62,533 bases of DNA from an uncultured Candidatus Saccharibacteria bacterium (GTDB lineage: Bacteria > Patescibacteriota > Minisyncoccia > 2-02-FULL-40-12 > GWA2-44-9). The notes below the pieces were generated by a model that ran no database searches, was not told the origin of the DNA, and saw only the letters and a list, made by a program, of their open reading frames with translations. The DNA is taken from NCBI GenBank assembly GCA_964436165.1, contig CAYTBY010000003.1, positions 1-62,533 of the forward strand, in the 5' to 3' direction. The position numbers and the translations under genes are program-made. Of this stretch, positions 60,045 through 62,533 are shown in pieces; within the stretch, counting starts at the first letter, position 1; each line of letters opens with the position of its first letter.

Positions 60045-60304
60045 TGACTATCTACAAAACGCCTATTTTCTTAAAACGATTCGAGAAACTCCCAAAAGAA
60101 GTACAAACACTATACAAAAGACAGGAGCTGCTTTTCCAAGAAAGTTGGCTTCACCCTTTAATTCATACTAAAAAATTAGATGAACTGCCGGGAGCTTTTT
60201 CTTTTAGAATTACCCGAGGATACCGAGTTCTTTTTTATTTTAGAAAAGAAACTGCCATTTTTTTCGGTATTGGTCATAGAAAGGATATCTATAAAAATCT
60301 ATGA
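60044..60304 (+). CDS. RelE/ParE-superfamily toxin
   Basis: HTKKL...FSFRITRGYRVLF...IGHRKDIY. Confidence 0.8.
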   Translation: MTIYKTPIFLKRFEKLPKEVQTLYKRQELLFQESWLHPLIHTKKLDELPGAFSFRITRGYRVLFYFRKETAIFFGIGHRKDIYKNL

Positions 60305-60819
60305 CCGAATACGCGACCAATTCCAAGGCGGGGTTTGATTATGAAATCCTTGAAACGATTGAGGCGGGAATTGTTTTGGAAGGACATGAGGTTAAAGCAA
60401 TAAAGACCGGCAAAGCATCTATTAAGGGGGCTTATGTAAAAATACTTCACCCCGTTAGAAGTCTCGCTCACGCCAAGGGCGCGAGTCCGAAGGACCTCGG
60501 CGAGGCTACTTCGAACGGGGTAAACGAGGAGGTATTTCTTATCGGCGCTACTATCTCTCCCTACCAGCCGATAAATACCCCCAAAGATTATGATCCCCAG
60601 AGATCAAGAAAATTATTATTATCAAAAAGAGAGATATCAAATCTTACTGGCACAGCTCAGACACAAGGAACAACCCTTATTCCCCTCAAATTTTACAATA
60701 AAAAGAGCCGAATAAAACTTCTCGTCGGTATCGCCCGAGGCAAGAAGAAATATGACAAAAGAGAAACAATCAAGAAAAAAGATGTTGCCCGCTCTAAACA
60801 GAGAGGAGTAGAACAATAA
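60301..60819 (+). CDS. smpB: SsrA-binding protein with a 25-aa palindrome-derived insertion
   Basis: EAGIVLEGHEVKAIK, RSRKLLL and RGKKKYDKRE motifs. Confidence 0.96.
   Translation: MTEYATNSKAGFDYEILETIEAGIVLEGHEVKAIKTGKASIKGAYVKILHPVRSLAHAKGASPKDLGEATSNGVNEEVFLIGATISPYQPINTPKDYDPQRSRKLLLSKREISNLTGTAQTQGTTLIPLKFYNKKSRIKLLVGIARGKKKYDKRETIKKKDVARSKQRGVEQ
60448..60522. repeat. In-frame 75-bp palindromic element in smpB
   Basis: ACCCCGTTAGAAGT...ACTTCGAACGGGGT. Confidence 0.85.
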
Positions 60820-60843
60820 AAAACGGCGCTGAGCCGTTTTTGC

Positions 60844-61341
60844 TTACTTAGGAAACATAACCTCTCTTTCTTTTAAACCTTCGGCTGTATCTAGAGCCAC
60901 CCTGACTCCGACCTGATTATTGTTCTGATCAAAAATACCCGAAAAGTTAAGGTTATCAAGTTTTTGATCTTTACTAACATACCATTTCCCATCTACCTTT
61001 AAAGCTACCCACGGATCCAGATCAGTACTCTTAGCAAAGAGCATGAAAACATCCTCTTCTCTATTCTGCTCAGATTCATAGACAACAGAGAAGAGAACTA
61101 CTACATTGTCTTGACTTGAATCTCTATAAAACCTAGACATTTCAACCAATCCTGGGGCTGATGGTGTTTTAATAGTGTCTGTAAGTTCCCAATCGGGACT
61201 TAAAAAGTCTGGCACCTGGGGTGGAGACTGGGCAAAACTAGATGTGCTTAAAATAAGAAGAGCCGCTAAGAAAAAACTAAAGATTTTAGTCATTTTCTCT
61301 CTCTTTTTTTGAATGTCAAATAACCTTCTTAATACTCTCAT
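60844..61341 (-). CDS. Secreted hypothetical protein
   Basis: Signal peptide-like MTKIFSFFLAALLILSTSSFA. Confidence 0.65.
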   Translation of the reverse strand: MRVLRRLFDIQKKREKMTKIFSFFLAALLILSTSSFAQSPPQVPDFLSPDWELTDTIKTPSAPGLVEMSRFYRDSSQDNVVVLFSVVYESEQNREEDVFMLFAKSTDLDPWVALKVDGKWYVSKDQKLDNLNFSGIFDQNNNQVGVRVALDTAEGLKEREVMFPK

Positions 61342-61452
61342 CTAATAACTAGGGAGTCAAGGAAACTATTGACACGACTTTTTTAGATTCAAAAAACCTG
61401 GTTAGCTTATGTATAAAGTCAAAAAACCCAGATAAAAGTGGTCATCCTATCA

Positions 61453-61592
61453 ACCCCGTAATACAGCAAGGATTTAACTCCCGGCTGACTATAGTTTAAA
61501 CGGAGTTATACCTCATAATGGAAACTTAATATTTAAAACAGCGTTTTAAGGATAGTCGTTATGGGGAGCCTATCCTTGCTGATATACGGGGT
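61453..61592 (+). ncRNA. Candidate structured ncRNA, copy B (140-nt rod-like hairpin)
   Basis: Homologous to 23052-23189 with compensatory stem changes. Confidence 0.6.
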
Positions 61593-61674
61593 CAATTTCA
61601 GGCAGAGCTAAGCTCAGCTTTGTGAAAACGGCTAGCGTTTAGTTATTAAAAATAAAAGGCCGACGTTAGTCGGC

Positions 61675-62121
61675 TTAGAAGGTTTGGCAATTAAGATTAT
61701 TTTTGAACTGTTTTGGATAATCTTTTTTTAATGACCGAATGAACTTGGTACTAAAGACTTCAATCATAATTACTGAGCCGTTGTGCTCGTAAACGCTAAA
61801 ATTTTTATATGGCATTGCTAAACCAACGCCGCTGATATTTCCAAAATCATAGCTTATATCTACAGCTGATAACGGGAGTGCTGGATATGAATTGGCCCAA
61901 AAGCCCACCCTATATTTTTGATTTTCAAGTTCAACCGCACATTCGTAATTAGAATATTCAGACTCCATTTCTATAAAAGTCACGGATTTATCAAAGCTAT
62001 GGATCACTCCATTAGAGGTTTTAATACGAAATTCAATCTGTACAGATTGTGGTTCTGGTGCTTCTTTACATCCAGCCATCATTGCCATACTTAATAGAAT
62101 CATCGGAAACCAGAGCTTCAT
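61675..62121 (-). CDS. Putative lipoprotein
   Basis: Lipobox-like MMAG-C. Confidence 0.6.
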   Translation of the reverse strand: MKLWFPMILLSMAMMAGCKEAPEPQSVQIEFRIKTSNGVIHSFDKSVTFIEMESEYSNYECAVELENQKYRVGFWANSYPALPLSAVDISYDFGNISGVGLAMPYKNFSVYEHNGSVIMIEVFSTKFIRSLKKDYPKQFKNNLNCQTF

Positions 62122-62191
62122 TCCAACCTCTTTTCAAGGGACAACCGAAGCTGAGCCATAATATACCCCGTAAAGTAAAACTTTACAAGTT

Positions 62192-62404
62192 TTACCACGG
62201 GGCAAGCCCTTCGAATTCCTCAGGGCTATCACAGGCTTTTCCAGAAATAAAATTATTTGGGTCTAATCCTTTGGCTTTCAGATCCCCTACCCTTTCTTCT
62301 GATTGTTCCCACTCTGACCAATCATTATTATTCCCACCTTCAATCTGATGAGACGAAGTGGCGCTCCCCCATTTGAAACCATCCGGAAATTTATAACTTG
62401 GCAT
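62192..62404 (-). pseudogene. Truncated glycoside hydrolase family 1 (beta-glucosidase)
   Basis: FPDGFKWGSATSSHQIEG...ACD is a GH1 N-terminus, followed by repeat-derived sequence and a stop. Confidence 0.8.
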
Positions 62405-62533
62405 GTCTTCATCTTAACTTATTTACTATAAAAACAAAAAACTTAGCTGGATTCTGATAAAATGGTCTTTACCAGGGAGCGGCACTGTATAACTAATTGG
62501 TTGATCTTTTGTATTTAATCAAAATATAGCTTG

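Noticed and set aside
61453-61592. Integron attC interpretation of the long hairpins
   Set aside because: Copy B has ATTTAAC, but the partner reads GTTATGG rather than GTTRRRY. Copy A lacks RYYYAAC, and there is no integrase or cassette array.

Overview
This is a core-chromosome segment of a reduced-genome bacterium. The gene content, fusions and repeat style suggest Patescibacteria/CPR (Parcubacteria-like), which is my inference. It carries housekeeping genes (folD, glyA, glmS, rpsP, rnc, nusB, rpmF, dnaE, thrS, miaA, gatB, thyA, folA, tmk, rplK, nusG, secE, pyrH, gyrB, recO, ileS, argS, clpP, smpB) and tRNA-Asp. Accessory content includes four toxin-antitoxin pairs, a surface-protein locus and an HUH/RAYT-like transposase flanked by palindromes. 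Main highlights: (1) a ~140-nt hairpin present twice (23052-23189 and 61453-61592) with compensatory base changes, a candidate unannotated ncRNA; (2) a single-chain, mitochondrial-type PheRS; (3) an IleRS with an inserted histidine-phosphatase domain and a ThrRS lacking its editing domain; (4) LAGLIDADG inteins in DnaE and in the GyrB Toprim DxD motif; (5) several families of palindromic and 7-nt-periodic elements inserted in frame in core proteins or supplying start/stop codons; (6) a diverged glyS 3' fragment bracketing an AbiE-like module; (7) many genes with a -10 box 5-7 nt before the start codon, suggesting leaderless mRNAs. No database searches were run, so all product calls rest on motif recognition.
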